Translations under genes and position numbers: made by a program
Part shown: one piece after another, positions 8,467 through 15,013 of the stretch
Position numbering within the stretch: the stretch's first letter is position 1
Layout of the letters: each line of letters opens with the position of its first letter
The notes under the pieces: model-generated
What the model was told of the DNA's origin: nothing
What the model saw: the letters and a program-made list of their open reading frames with translations, nothing else
Database searches by the model: none
DNA from: a virus
Length of the DNA stretch: 64,000 nucleotides
Virus record (IMG/VR): IMGVR_UViG_3300036892_000014
Location: 1-64,000 of that record
Strand: one strand, 5' to 3'

Positions 8467-8552
8467 GCGCTGCTGATGGAATGGCAGACATGCGGGACTT
8501 AAACCCCCGTGGGAGAAATCCCATGAGCGTTCGACTCGCTCGCGGCGCACCA
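8467..8552 (+). tRNA. tRNA-Leu(TAA)
   Basis: Cloverleaf, CCA. Confidence 0.9.
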
Positions 8553-8576
8553 AGTTCTAGAAGTCATGGAGTCTTT

Positions 8577-8816
8577 ATGAGCAAGTCATATGGTGATAAC
8601 CGCGACGACCAAGCATCAGTGCCGTCGGCTGGCGGGGAAATTCGTGCCCGTGGTAAGAGCAGCGCCGAGCAGGATAAGGGTCGCGACGATCAGTCGGCTG
8701 TGGCTGTTGGCGGTGGTGTGAACCGCATGCGTGGTAAGTTGACAGCCGAACAGGACAACGGTCGCGATGACCAGTTTTCAAAGCCGTCAAGCGGCGGAAC
8801 GATCCGTAAGAAGTAA
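8577..8816 (+). CDS. 79-aa hydrophilic protein with three 27-aa RDDQ repeats
   Basis: GGAG RBS; repeats visible in the protein. Confidence 0.7.
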   Translation: MSKSYGDNRDDQASVPSAGGEIRARGKSSAEQDKGRDDQSAVAVGGGVNRMRGKLTAEQDNGRDDQFSKPSSGGTIRKK

Positions 8817-8911
8817 TGCTCACGGGAATAATTATCGGGCTGGCGATTGTGGTGGCTATAGAGTTGATCTCGGACCACCCGCTGTTCGTCCGTCGTAGAA
8901 AATAAGTTTAT

Positions 8912-8987
8912 GCGTTTGTAGCTCAATAGGCAGAGCACTCCCCTCTTAAGGGATAGGTTGCTGGATCATTGCCAGCCGGACGCACCA
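8912..8987 (+). tRNA. tRNA-Lys(CTT)
   Basis: Cloverleaf, CCA. Confidence 0.9.
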
Positions 8988-9004
8988 TTTTGTACGTACA
9001 TTAG

Positions 9005-9048
9005 TTGGGGAGTGCCCTAACACTCCCCGACATCCTTTAGGGAGGATG
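9005..9048 (+). promoter_or_regulatory. kissing-loop RBS-masking leader, copy A
   Basis: GGGGAGTG-CCCTAA-CACTCCCC then CATCCT-TTAGGG-AGGATG; loops complementary. Confidence 0.8.
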
Positions 9049-9050
9049 CC

Positions 9051-9557
9051 ATGATTTGTAAACTTTGTAGCGAGGTCTTTTCGTCGAAAGACAAGCGAAG
9101 ACTATTTTGTTCTAGGTCTTGTTCAGCAACGTACTCGAACAAGTTTGGTGATAGACCAGTTTCACAGAACAGACGACCGTGTCCAGATTGTGGGCAAGAG
9201 ATTAGAAATAAGAATACCAAGACTTGCATAGATTGCCGTGCTGGCAGGCAGCACAGAGAAACAGGATTTCTCAAAAAGAAAGACGTGAATCGTGAGAGGA
9301 TTAGCGCTCACGCTAGAAGGGTTATCAAAGAACACCTCTCGTCTTGTAAAGTTTGCGGGTACGACTTTGCTGTAGAAGCAGCGCACGTCAAACCCGTTAA
9401 AGAGTTTTCAGGTGACGCGACGATAGAAGAGATTAACAGAATAGAAAATCTGTTGCCTCTATGTCCTAATCACCACTTAGAGTTCGACCGAGGTAAGTTG
9501 ACTCTAGAAACAATCTTATCGGTTGCGGATGCGAGCGGCAGCAATGCGGCCTTTTAA
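9051..9557 (+). CDS. HNH homing endonuclease (Zn fingers + HNH)
   Basis: CxxC repeats, EAAHVKP...ENLLPLCPNHH. Confidence 0.9.
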   Translation: MICKLCSEVFSSKDKRRLFCSRSCSATYSNKFGDRPVSQNRRPCPDCGQEIRNKNTKTCIDCRAGRQHRETGFLKKKDVNRERISAHARRVIKEHLSSCKVCGYDFAVEAAHVKPVKEFSGDATIEEINRIENLLPLCPNHHLEFDRGKLTLETILSVADASGSNAAF

Positions 9558-9594
9558 GCCGAGTGTCAGGGTTCGAGCCCCTGGCGACCGACCA
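9520..9594 (+). tRNA. tRNA-Lys(TTT)
   Basis: Cloverleaf, CCA; overlaps HNH 3' end. Confidence 0.85.
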
Positions 9595-9600
9595 ATTTTG

Positions 9601-9692
9601 TGGGAATATAGTTCGGGATAATATCCGAATAGTCCTGGCAACGCATGCGAAACCAGGAAAGGGCGTCGTGAGAATCGGCGAGTTCCCAGCCA
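9601..9692 (+). ncRNA. tRNA-like RNA without a standard anticodon loop
   Basis: TGGGAAT/GTTCCCA acceptor + G + CCA, T-arm CGTCG-TGAGAAT-CGGCG, aberrant D and anticodon arms. Confidence 0.6.
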
Positions 9693-9700
9693 TTTTACGT

Positions 9701-9790
9701 GGAAGTGCGGCGAAGACGGCGGGTCGTATCTGTCTGTAAAACAGATTGCCCTTGTGGCACTAAGAGGTTCAAATCCTCTCGCTTCCACCA
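9701..9790 (+). tRNA. tRNA-Tyr(GTA)
   Basis: Cloverleaf, long variable arm, CCA. Confidence 0.9.
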
Positions 9791-9798
9791 TTTTCTAT

Positions 9799-9873
9799 AG
9801 TTCACTGGCGCAACAGCAGCGCAGTCTCTTGATAGGGGAACGGTTCGTGGTGCAAATCCACGGTGGACTACCA
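9799..9873 (+). tRNA. tRNA-Ile(GAT)
   Basis: Cloverleaf, CCA. Confidence 0.8.
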
Positions 9874-9877
9874 ACTT

Positions 9878-9980
9878 AGTGTTGAGTTCGACGTGTGCAA
9901 GCGTCGGATGTAGTACAGCACAATCAGTTCGTTCTCGGACGTAAACCGAATGGTGGATCAATAATTCCTGATGACACTCC
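9878..9980 (+). ncRNA. putative pseudoknotted ncRNA or leader upstream of HNH
   Basis: AGTGTTG/TGACACT outer stem, TTCGACG/CGTCGGA hairpin, loop TGTGC pairs with GCACA. Confidence 0.4.
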
Positions 9981-9997
9981 TGCCCAGGGAGAATCAC

Positions 9998-10489
9998 ATG
10001 ATTATTGTTTCCGATAGTTGGGACGGACAAATAAGAAAGCTGTCCTCTCATAGTTGTTTGCAATGCAGTGAAGAATTTTTCGCGCCGCTTAAAGCGCGAG
10101 CTAAGTATTGTAGTAGAGACTGCATGGGTTTTGCTACGCGGACTCGAATCAAGATTTCGTGTTCTAGGTGTCGTAAAGAGTTTGAACGACAACAGAACAA
10201 AGTTAAAGAGTTAAACTATTGTAGTAGGGAGTGCAAAGAGTTAGACCAGCAGATTGGCGGTCCTCTAGCGCTACCACACTACAAAGACGGCAGACACGAT
10301 TACAGAAATCGAGCGTTTCGCTTACAAGGAAAGAAGTGTAAGCAATGTAGCTTCGATGAAGACGAGCGAATGCTCGATGTTCATCACATAGATAGTAATC
10401 GAGATAACGGACGACCTGAGAACTTAGTTGTTCTTTGCGTTTGGTGTCACGCCGCCACCACAAGAAAAGTTTCTGGGGCTATCGCCTAA
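9998..10489 (+). CDS. HNH homing endonuclease
   Basis: CxxC/YCSRxC repeats, LDVHHIDSNRDN...ENLVVLCVWCH. Confidence 0.9.
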   Translation: MIIVSDSWDGQIRKLSSHSCLQCSEEFFAPLKARAKYCSRDCMGFATRTRIKISCSRCRKEFERQQNKVKELNYCSRECKELDQQIGGPLALPHYKDGRHDYRNRAFRLQGKKCKQCSFDEDERMLDVHHIDSNRDNGRPENLVVLCVWCHAATTRKVSGAIA

Positions 10490-10551
10490 TTGGGATGGCA
10501 CTTCCCTTGCAAGGAAGAACAATGTCGGATCGTCCCCGACTAGCTCCACCA
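10475..10551 (+). tRNA. tRNA-Ala(TGC)
   Basis: Cloverleaf, G3:U70, CCA; overlaps HNH stop. Confidence 0.9.
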
Positions 10552-10560
10552 AGTTTCAAT

Positions 10561-10635
10561 TCGCGGCTGGCAGATCGGCTCATGCATCGGTCCTACACAC
10601 CGACCAGCGAGGTTCAACTCCTCGGCGGCGAACCA
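10561..10635 (+). tRNA. tRNA-Val(TAC)
   Basis: Cloverleaf, C33, CCA. Confidence 0.8.
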
Positions 10636-10639
10636 TTTT

Positions 10640-10714
10640 GGCTCCTTGGTCCAACGAACAAGACTCAGCGCTACGAACGCTGCAATTTCGGTTTGAATCC
10701 GAAGGGGGCTTCCA
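10640..10714 (+). tRNA. tRNA-Arg(ACG)
   Basis: Cloverleaf, CCA. Confidence 0.85.
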
Positions 10715-10719
10715 ATCTT

Positions 10720-10795
10720 TGGGGATTCGTCTAAACGATAAGACATCTGGCCGTTAACCAGACCGATGAAGGTTTGAATCCTTTGTCCCCAGCCA
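10720..10795 (+). tRNA. tRNA-Asn(GTT)
   Basis: Cloverleaf, C33, CCA. Confidence 0.85.
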
Positions 10796-10803
10796 TTTTA
10801 CGA

Positions 10804-10879
10804 GCACGCATCATATAGCGGTCCAATATTCCGAGCTTGTACCTCGGTCACTTCCGTTCGAATCGGAATGTGTGCTCCA
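10804..10879 (+). tRNA. tRNA-Thr(TGT)
   Basis: Cloverleaf, CCA. Confidence 0.85.
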
Positions 10880-10884
10880 GTTTT

Positions 10885-10958
10885 GCTTTGCTCGTCTAGT
10901 GGTAAGACGACGGTTTCGTAAACCGCAAACGACTGTTCGATTCAGTCGCGAAGCTCCA
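10885..10958 (+). tRNA. tRNA-Thr(CGT)
   Basis: Cloverleaf, CCA. Confidence 0.9.
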
Positions 10959-10964
10959 GTTTAT

Positions 10965-11038
10965 GCTTTGTTCGTACAAAGGAAGTACACGTCTTTGGTA
11001 AAGACGAAACGATGGGTCAGTACCATCACGAAGCTCCA
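10965..11038 (+). tRNA. tRNA-Thr(GGT)
   Basis: Cloverleaf, CCA. Confidence 0.85.
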
Positions 11039-11043
11039 GTTTA

Positions 11044-11110
11044 CGCCCCGAGTCACGCAACACGTAGCCTACAAAACAGGTAGGAGCTAGTGGCCTTTTG
11101 AAAGGGGCGA
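11044..11110 (+). ncRNA. putative structured ncRNA
   Basis: CGCCCC/GGGGCG outer stem, GTCAC/GTGGC, CCTAC/GTAGG. Confidence 0.4.
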
Positions 11111-11119
11111 AAAATTTAC

Positions 11120-11198
11120 GGTCTCGTGGCCCAGCCTGGCCCACGGCGCTCCCCTGTCACGGGAGATTTCACGAGTTCAAATCTCGTCGAGACCGCCA
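11120..11198 (+). tRNA. tRNA-Asp(GTC)
   Basis: Cloverleaf, CCA. Confidence 0.9.
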
Positions 11199-11204
11199 AT
11201 TTAT

Positions 11205-11278
11205 GGCCCTGTCTTCTAATGGCAGGATTCTTGCTTCTCAGGCAGGCGGCAGCGGGTCAGTACCGCTCAGGGCTACCA
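11205..11278 (+). tRNA. tRNA-Glu(CTC)
   Basis: Cloverleaf, CCA. Confidence 0.85.
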
Positions 11279-11283
11279 ATTTT

Positions 11284-11358
11284 CGCGCAGTACGTTATGG
11301 GTTAGACAGCGTGCCTTTCAAGCACGCAGACAGAGTTCGAGTCTCTGCTACGCGACCA
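11284..11358 (+). tRNA. tRNA-Glu(TTC)
   Basis: Cloverleaf, CCA. Confidence 0.85.
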
Positions 11359-11448
11359 ATTATCGATGTGTGCGACAACTTTAGCGAAGTAGTTCTCGGA
11401 CACATTGCACGATGCGGTGCAAGTAGCAATTCCGCGTCGGAGTTTAAT

Positions 11449-11533
11449 GCCCTGCTGATGGAATTGGCAGACATATCCGTCTTAGAAACGGATGCCTTCG
11501 GGCGTACAGGTTCGACTCCTGTGTGGGGTACCA
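11449..11533 (+). tRNA. tRNA-Leu(TAG)
   Basis: Cloverleaf, long variable arm, CCA. Confidence 0.9.
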
Positions 11534-11541
11534 ATTTCAAT

Positions 11542-11629
11542 TGTGGGTTCGACTAGTGGCCGATGTCGCCTGTCTCATAAGCAGGTCAGCGAAAGCGCAC
11601 CGTTGGTTCAAATCCAACACCCGCAACCA
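11542..11629 (+). tRNA. tRNA-Met or Ile2 (CAT) with long variable arm
   Basis: Cloverleaf, CCA; Met versus lysidine-Ile cannot be resolved by eye. Confidence 0.8.
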
Positions 11630-11644
11630 ATTTGATGCATCATA

Positions 11645-11689
11645 GGCCGGGGTGCCCTTAACACCCCGACCAACTCTTTAAGGGAGAGT
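11645..11689 (+). promoter_or_regulatory. kissing-loop RBS-masking leader, copy B
   Basis: CGGGGTG-CCCTTAA-CACCCCG then ACTCT-TTAAGGG-AGAGT. Confidence 0.8.
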
Positions 11690-11692
11690 GCT

Positions 11693-12187
11693 ATGTTTAA
11701 CAAGGCAGAAAACCATAAGCGTTACATGCGGGAAGTTTGGTATCCGGCTAACAAGCGAAAACACCAGACGATGGTTCACCGACGTAAGGTAGCCATACTA
11801 GAATTTGTTCGAGCCGCTAAAGCAATCGGCTGTTCGAGGTGTCCAGAGAAAGAGATATGCTGTCTGGACTTTCATCACGCTAAAGGTAAGAAGAGCGCCA
11901 GCCTATCAAGGGTTCATACGTTGGGCTGGTCGTGGGCTAGGATTAAGCGAGAGATCGCAAAGTGCATTATATTGTGTTCTAACTGTCACAGGAAAGAACA
12001 TGCTAGAGGCCGTGGGCTCGTTTCCCACCCCTGCTACCAATTTATGAATCATAAACGCCGTCGCCCAAAGAATCGCCGTGCTGGATGTCTCATGTGCAAA
12101 GCGCATAAGATGAACGGTGCAAAAGGTGAAATGCTCGCGACCAAGGTCAAGGGCATCAAGGGTAAGATACGGCTTGAAGAAGTTTAA
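11693..12187 (+). CDS. HNH endonuclease fused in frame, through a tRNA remnant, to a small basic ORF (12044-12187)
   Basis: CSRC...LDFHH...EIAKCIILCSNCHRKEH, then reads through a tRNA 3' half. Confidence 0.8.
   Translation: MFNKAENHKRYMREVWYPANKRKHQTMVHRRKVAILEFVRAAKAIGCSRCPEKEICCLDFHHAKGKKSASLSRVHTLGWSWARIKREIAKCIILCSNCHRKEHARGRGLVSHPCYQFMNHKRRRPKNRRAGCLMCKAHKMNGAKGEMLATKVKGIKGKIRLEEV
12003..12039 (+). pseudogene. 3' half of a tRNA (T-arm, acceptor strand, CCA)
   Basis: GTGGG-CTCGTTT-CCCAC CCCTGCT A CCA ATTT; 5' half absent. Confidence 0.7.
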
Positions 12188-12261
12188 GCGATGTTGGTAT
12201 AGTGGTAGAACGATTCCTTGCCAAGGAATAGGCACCGTTTCGATTACGGTACGTCGCTCCA
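12188..12261 (+). tRNA. tRNA-Gly(GCC)
   Basis: Cloverleaf, CCA. Confidence 0.85.
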
Positions 12262-12475
12262 TAGCCGCGAGTGGTGAAAGCCACGGACGGCTCCAAGTTT
12301 CGTTAACCCCGCAATTATGGCGGGACAACCAAATCGTAGGTAGGTTGAAAACCCTACCCCAATTTTACCATATGCCTTGCGGCATGATCGGCATACATAG
12401 TAGAAGCCGCAGTCTTCGCTGCCCGTCAGTTGTTCAAGACTTTAAACATGGGCGACGGGCGAATTTAGGTGATCT

Positions 12476-12721
12476 ATGTTCACAGCCGTAGTGATGACAC
12501 TCGGACTTGTTGTAGACTTGGTCGCTCTGTATTTCTTAGTCGGCATTTGGCGCGATGACAGATTGATGAGAATCGCCGCAGAAGACACATTGAAGGTGCA
12601 GCAAGAATATCTCGGCCTCAGACGAAAGTGGTATGAGAGTCGCACAAAGAAGAAGACTGATGCTCAAGAACCGAAAGCCGCAACTGGAATTCCTGATGGC
12701 GGTAGTTCGAACCCTGTGTAA
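12476..12721 (+). CDS. small membrane protein
   Basis: AGGTG RBS, N-terminal TM helix. Confidence 0.6.
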   Translation: MFTAVVMTLGLVVDLVALYFLVGIWRDDRLMRIAAEDTLKVQQEYLGLRRKWYESRTKKKTDAQEPKAATGIPDGGSSNPV

Positions 12722-12785
12722 CGTGGCAGGCGTAATCATCAGCATCATTTACGTTCTTTGGCAAATGCATTTGTTACCTTTTTAA

Positions 12786-12859
12786 GCGGGCTTGACCGAA
12801 CGGCCAGGTACCTGCCTTCCAAGCAGAGGAAGCGATTTCGACTATCGCAGTCCGCTCCA
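12786..12859 (+). tRNA. tRNA-Gly(TCC)
   Basis: Cloverleaf, CCA. Confidence 0.85.
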
Positions 12860-12862
12860 GTA

Positions 12863-12943
12863 TTCGGGTAGAGGGGTTCGAATCCCACAGGCGTGAACGG
12901 GTAAGGCCGCACGTTGCTATAGTGTAATGGCAGCACACCCGAA
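12863..12943 (+). ncRNA. circularly permuted tRNA-like RNA (YrlA / Y RNA-like)
   Basis: T-loop TTCGAAT precedes D-arm AGTGTAATGGCAGCAC; ends pair TTCGGGT/ACCCGAA. Confidence 0.65.
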
Positions 12944-12954
12944 ATTAGTTCCGC

Positions 12955-13029
12955 GAGTCGCAAGTGTTATGGCTGCATCTCCGTCTCCAAAACGGTAGGG
13001 TGATAGTTCGAATCTATCGCGTCTCGCCA
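12955..13029 (+). tRNA. tRNA-Trp(CCA)
   Basis: Cloverleaf, CCA. Confidence 0.85.
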
Positions 13030-13036
13030 ATTTTAT

Positions 13037-13111
13037 GGGTCTCTCGTTCAATGGAGAGGACGCCACACTTCTAAGGTGGCTATGTCGGTTCGATTCCGAC
13101 GGGGCCTTCCA
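13037..13111 (+). tRNA. tRNA-Arg(TCT)
   Basis: Cloverleaf, CCA. Confidence 0.85.
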
Positions 13112-13117
13112 GTTTCT

Positions 13118-13192
13118 GAATGTATAGCTCAATGGAAAGAGCTAGGGTTTCCTAAACCCTCGATCCAGGTTCGACTCCTGGTACGTTCTCCA
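13118..13192 (+). tRNA. tRNA-Arg(CCT)
   Basis: Cloverleaf, CCA. Confidence 0.9.
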
Positions 13193-13206
13193 GTTCAAGG
13201 GGCAGT

Positions 13207-13605
13207 ATGAAACTCAGTAGGTTCCCATATTGGCAACTGCTAGCGATACCTGCTCTAGCGTGGTGCCTAGGACTCGGATTAAACCAGGCGGTATTGATTG
13301 CCAATCACGGGAAGTTCCCCGTGATGGTGAATGAAGTCCAGTATGAGATACATTGCACCGCGGATGAAGACTCAGATGACGCGCCGTCATCATCGTGTGT
13401 AAAAGGCGGTCAGTTCTTTGATAGAGAACATAGTGTTATGGGGCCGAACTCGCGTCTGAAACCATTAGCCGACATCCTTCCGATAGTCGGCGGCGTATAC
13501 AGTATCGGCGACACTCTACTCCTCGTGGGTGGAGAGTCATTTGCAATTTTGAAATTTATGTGGCTTGCTCTGGTAATCAGAAAGGCCTCACAGAACTTAG
13601 GGTAG
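13207..13605 (+). CDS. DUF5317-like membrane protein
   Basis: LNQAVLIANHGKFPV...HSVM...SRLKPLADIL...YSIGD motifs. Confidence 0.7.
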   Translation: MKLSRFPYWQLLAIPALAWCLGLGLNQAVLIANHGKFPVMVNEVQYEIHCTADEDSDDAPSSSCVKGGQFFDREHSVMGPNSRLKPLADILPIVGGVYSIGDTLLLVGGESFAILKFMWLALVIRKASQNLG

Positions 13606-13912
13606 GCTGGACGACCGCAGGAAACTGAGGAAGTTCGGGACTCTTCTAGACAGAAGACTGTGGAAGATGCAGGACGCGTAAGCGTACGGGTAAGGCCAGA
13701 TGCGGTGCAGATGCTATGGGAAACCAAATGCGGACATCGCCATTCAAGTCTGGGCACTCCCTCTTCGGAGCAATCTCAAATAGGACCTGAGCGCGTCTAG
13801 CGCGATGACGGTCGGGTTGAGAGCAAAGACGGATGGTCGTCAACTTATAACGTGACAATTCGAAAGATTTGTCAACTTATAACGTGACAGAATCCCGGCT
13901 ATAGGCCGACCC
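13600..13912 (+). ncRNA. rnpB: RNase P RNA (bacterial A-type-like, reduced)
   Basis: GAGGAAGTTCGGGA and ACAGAATCCCGGCTA form P4; P1, P2, P3, P6 (CTAGA/TCTAG), P8, P9 and P15-17 can be paired. Confidence 0.9.
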
Positions 13913-13923
13913 AAAGATATTAC

Positions 13924-14009
13924 GGATCAGTGGCGAAATGGTAGACGCACGAGTTTGCTAAACTCGCAACTGAAAGGTTGTGCCTGTTCAAGTCGGGCCT
14001 GATCCGCCA
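13924..14009 (+). tRNA. tRNA-Ser(GCT)
   Basis: Cloverleaf, long variable arm, CCA. Confidence 0.9.
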
Positions 14010-14017
14010 AATTTCAA

Positions 14018-14102
14018 GGAAGATTCCGCTCATGGTGGGCAATCCGGTTTGAACCCGGAGGCTGCTGAAAGGCAGGGGTTTCGATTACTCACTCTTCCTC
14101 CA
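14018..14102 (+). tRNA. tRNA-Ser(TGA)
   Basis: Cloverleaf, long variable arm, CCA. Confidence 0.8.
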
Positions 14103-14108
14103 TTTTAA

Positions 14109-14182
14109 CCACGAGTCGGCAAACGGCAAGCTGAATGTCTGCAAAACATTTACCGCTGGTTCGACTCCAGCCTCGTGGTCCA
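14109..14182 (+). tRNA. tRNA-Cys(GCA)
   Basis: Cloverleaf, U73, CCA. Confidence 0.9.
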
Positions 14183-14191
14183 AGTTTCTAC

Positions 14192-14266
14192 TGGGCGATG
14201 GTGTAACGGTAACATCACGGACTTTGAATCCGTTGGATGAACGTTCGAATCGTTCTTGCCCAGCCA
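14192..14266 (+). tRNA. tRNA-Gln(TTG)
   Basis: Cloverleaf, CCA. Confidence 0.9.
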
Positions 14267-14274
14267 ATTTCAAT

Positions 14275-14349
14275 TGCTCGGTCATCTAATTAGTAGGATG
14301 CGATCCTCTGAAGATTGTCATGCTGGTGCGAGTCCAGCCCAAGCAACCA
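14275..14349 (+). tRNA. tRNA-Gln(CTG)
   Basis: Cloverleaf, CCA. Confidence 0.85.
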
Positions 14350-14350
14350 A

Positions 14351-14426
14351 CACCCGATAGCTCAAAGCGATTAGAGCACCTGGCTTGACCAGAGAGATAC
14401 CGCCTAGCGAACGGTTTGGGTGACCA
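14351..14426 (+). ncRNA. tRNA-like RNA with 5-nt anticodon loop
   Basis: CACCCGA/TTGGGTG acceptor + ACCA, D-arm, CTGG-CTTGA-CCAG, non-canonical T-loop. Confidence 0.6.
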
Positions 14427-14433
14427 ATTTAAT

Positions 14434-14522
14434 CGGGTTATAGCTCCGTAATCTGGCAGCGGTCTGGTTTTGGAAACCAGTGACTAACGTCCTTCGAGGT
14501 CCGAATCCTCGTAGCCCGACCA
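14434..14522 (+). tRNA. tRNA-Pro(TGG) with extended variable arm
   Basis: Cloverleaf, CCA. Confidence 0.85.
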
Positions 14523-14542
14523 TTTTGTATGTACGTACATTT

Positions 14543-14590
14543 GACGGGACGAGCCTGTAACTCGTCCCGTCTACTCTTTACAGGAGAGTA
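14543..14590 (+). promoter_or_regulatory. kissing-loop RBS-masking leader, copy C
   Basis: GACGGGACGAG-CCTGTAA-CTCGTCCCGTC then TACTCT-TTACAGG-AGAGTA. Confidence 0.85.
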
Positions 14591-14592
14591 TC

Positions 14593-14973
14593 ATGATTAG
14601 TTCAGAAGCGCAGAAAGCGTGGAAGAGAAAAGACTATCTAGATAAGAAAGCATATAAGAAAGCATATTATTTAGCGCGAGACACCGAGCGATACTACAGG
14701 TTTCGAGAGATTTTGATTGAGGCGAAGAGAAAGCCTTGCATAGATTGCGGACACGAGTTTCCGACCTGTGCAATGGATTTGCATCATAGAAACCAGAGTG
14801 AGAAGATTCGAAACGTCTCTACCTTAAAAGACTTCTCTTCCGAGAAGAAATTGAGAGAAGAGATTGCCAAGTGTGATGTGATATGTGCTTGCTGTCATCG
14901 AATCCGCTCAGATAAAGACAAAGTTTACTTCGGGAATTCTGATAGTGGTAATCTACGCCCTTCGGATGGGTGA
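14593..14973 (+). CDS. HNH endonuclease
   Basis: CIDCG...MDLHH...EIAKCDVICACCHRIR; stop codon lies inside tRNA-Pro(CGG). Confidence 0.85.
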   Translation: MISSEAQKAWKRKDYLDKKAYKKAYYLARDTERYYRFREILIEAKRKPCIDCGHEFPTCAMDLHHRNQSEKIRNVSTLKDFSSEKKLREEIAKCDVICACCHRIRSDKDKVYFGNSDSGNLRPSDG

Positions 14974-15004
14974 GACAGAGTTTCGATTACTCTATTCCCG
15001 ACCA
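14931..15004 (+). tRNA. tRNA-Pro(CGG)
   Basis: Cloverleaf, CCA. Confidence 0.85.
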
Positions 15005-15013
15005 TATTAAAGT

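Noticed and set aside
9976-9997. A further kissing-loop leader before HNH 9998
   Set aside because: Only a single weak hairpin covers the RBS; no complementary loop pair was found.
10475-10551. tmRNA 5' end (GGGGCT)
   Set aside because: It closes as a complete 77-nt tRNA-Ala with a TGC anticodon; no tag reading frame.
9466-14285. ORF-track ORFs overlapping tRNA genes (e.g. 11098-11556, 10428-10757, 9516-9791) and the 8433 extension of the RDDQ gene
   Set aside because: Shadow ORFs of tRNA sequence with no RBS or protein-like features.
7266-14430. HDV-like (theta) or hammerhead ribozymes directly after tRNAs
   Set aside because: I could not fit the nested double pseudoknot or the CUGANGA/GAAA core by eye; these segments are left as unknown ncRNAs.
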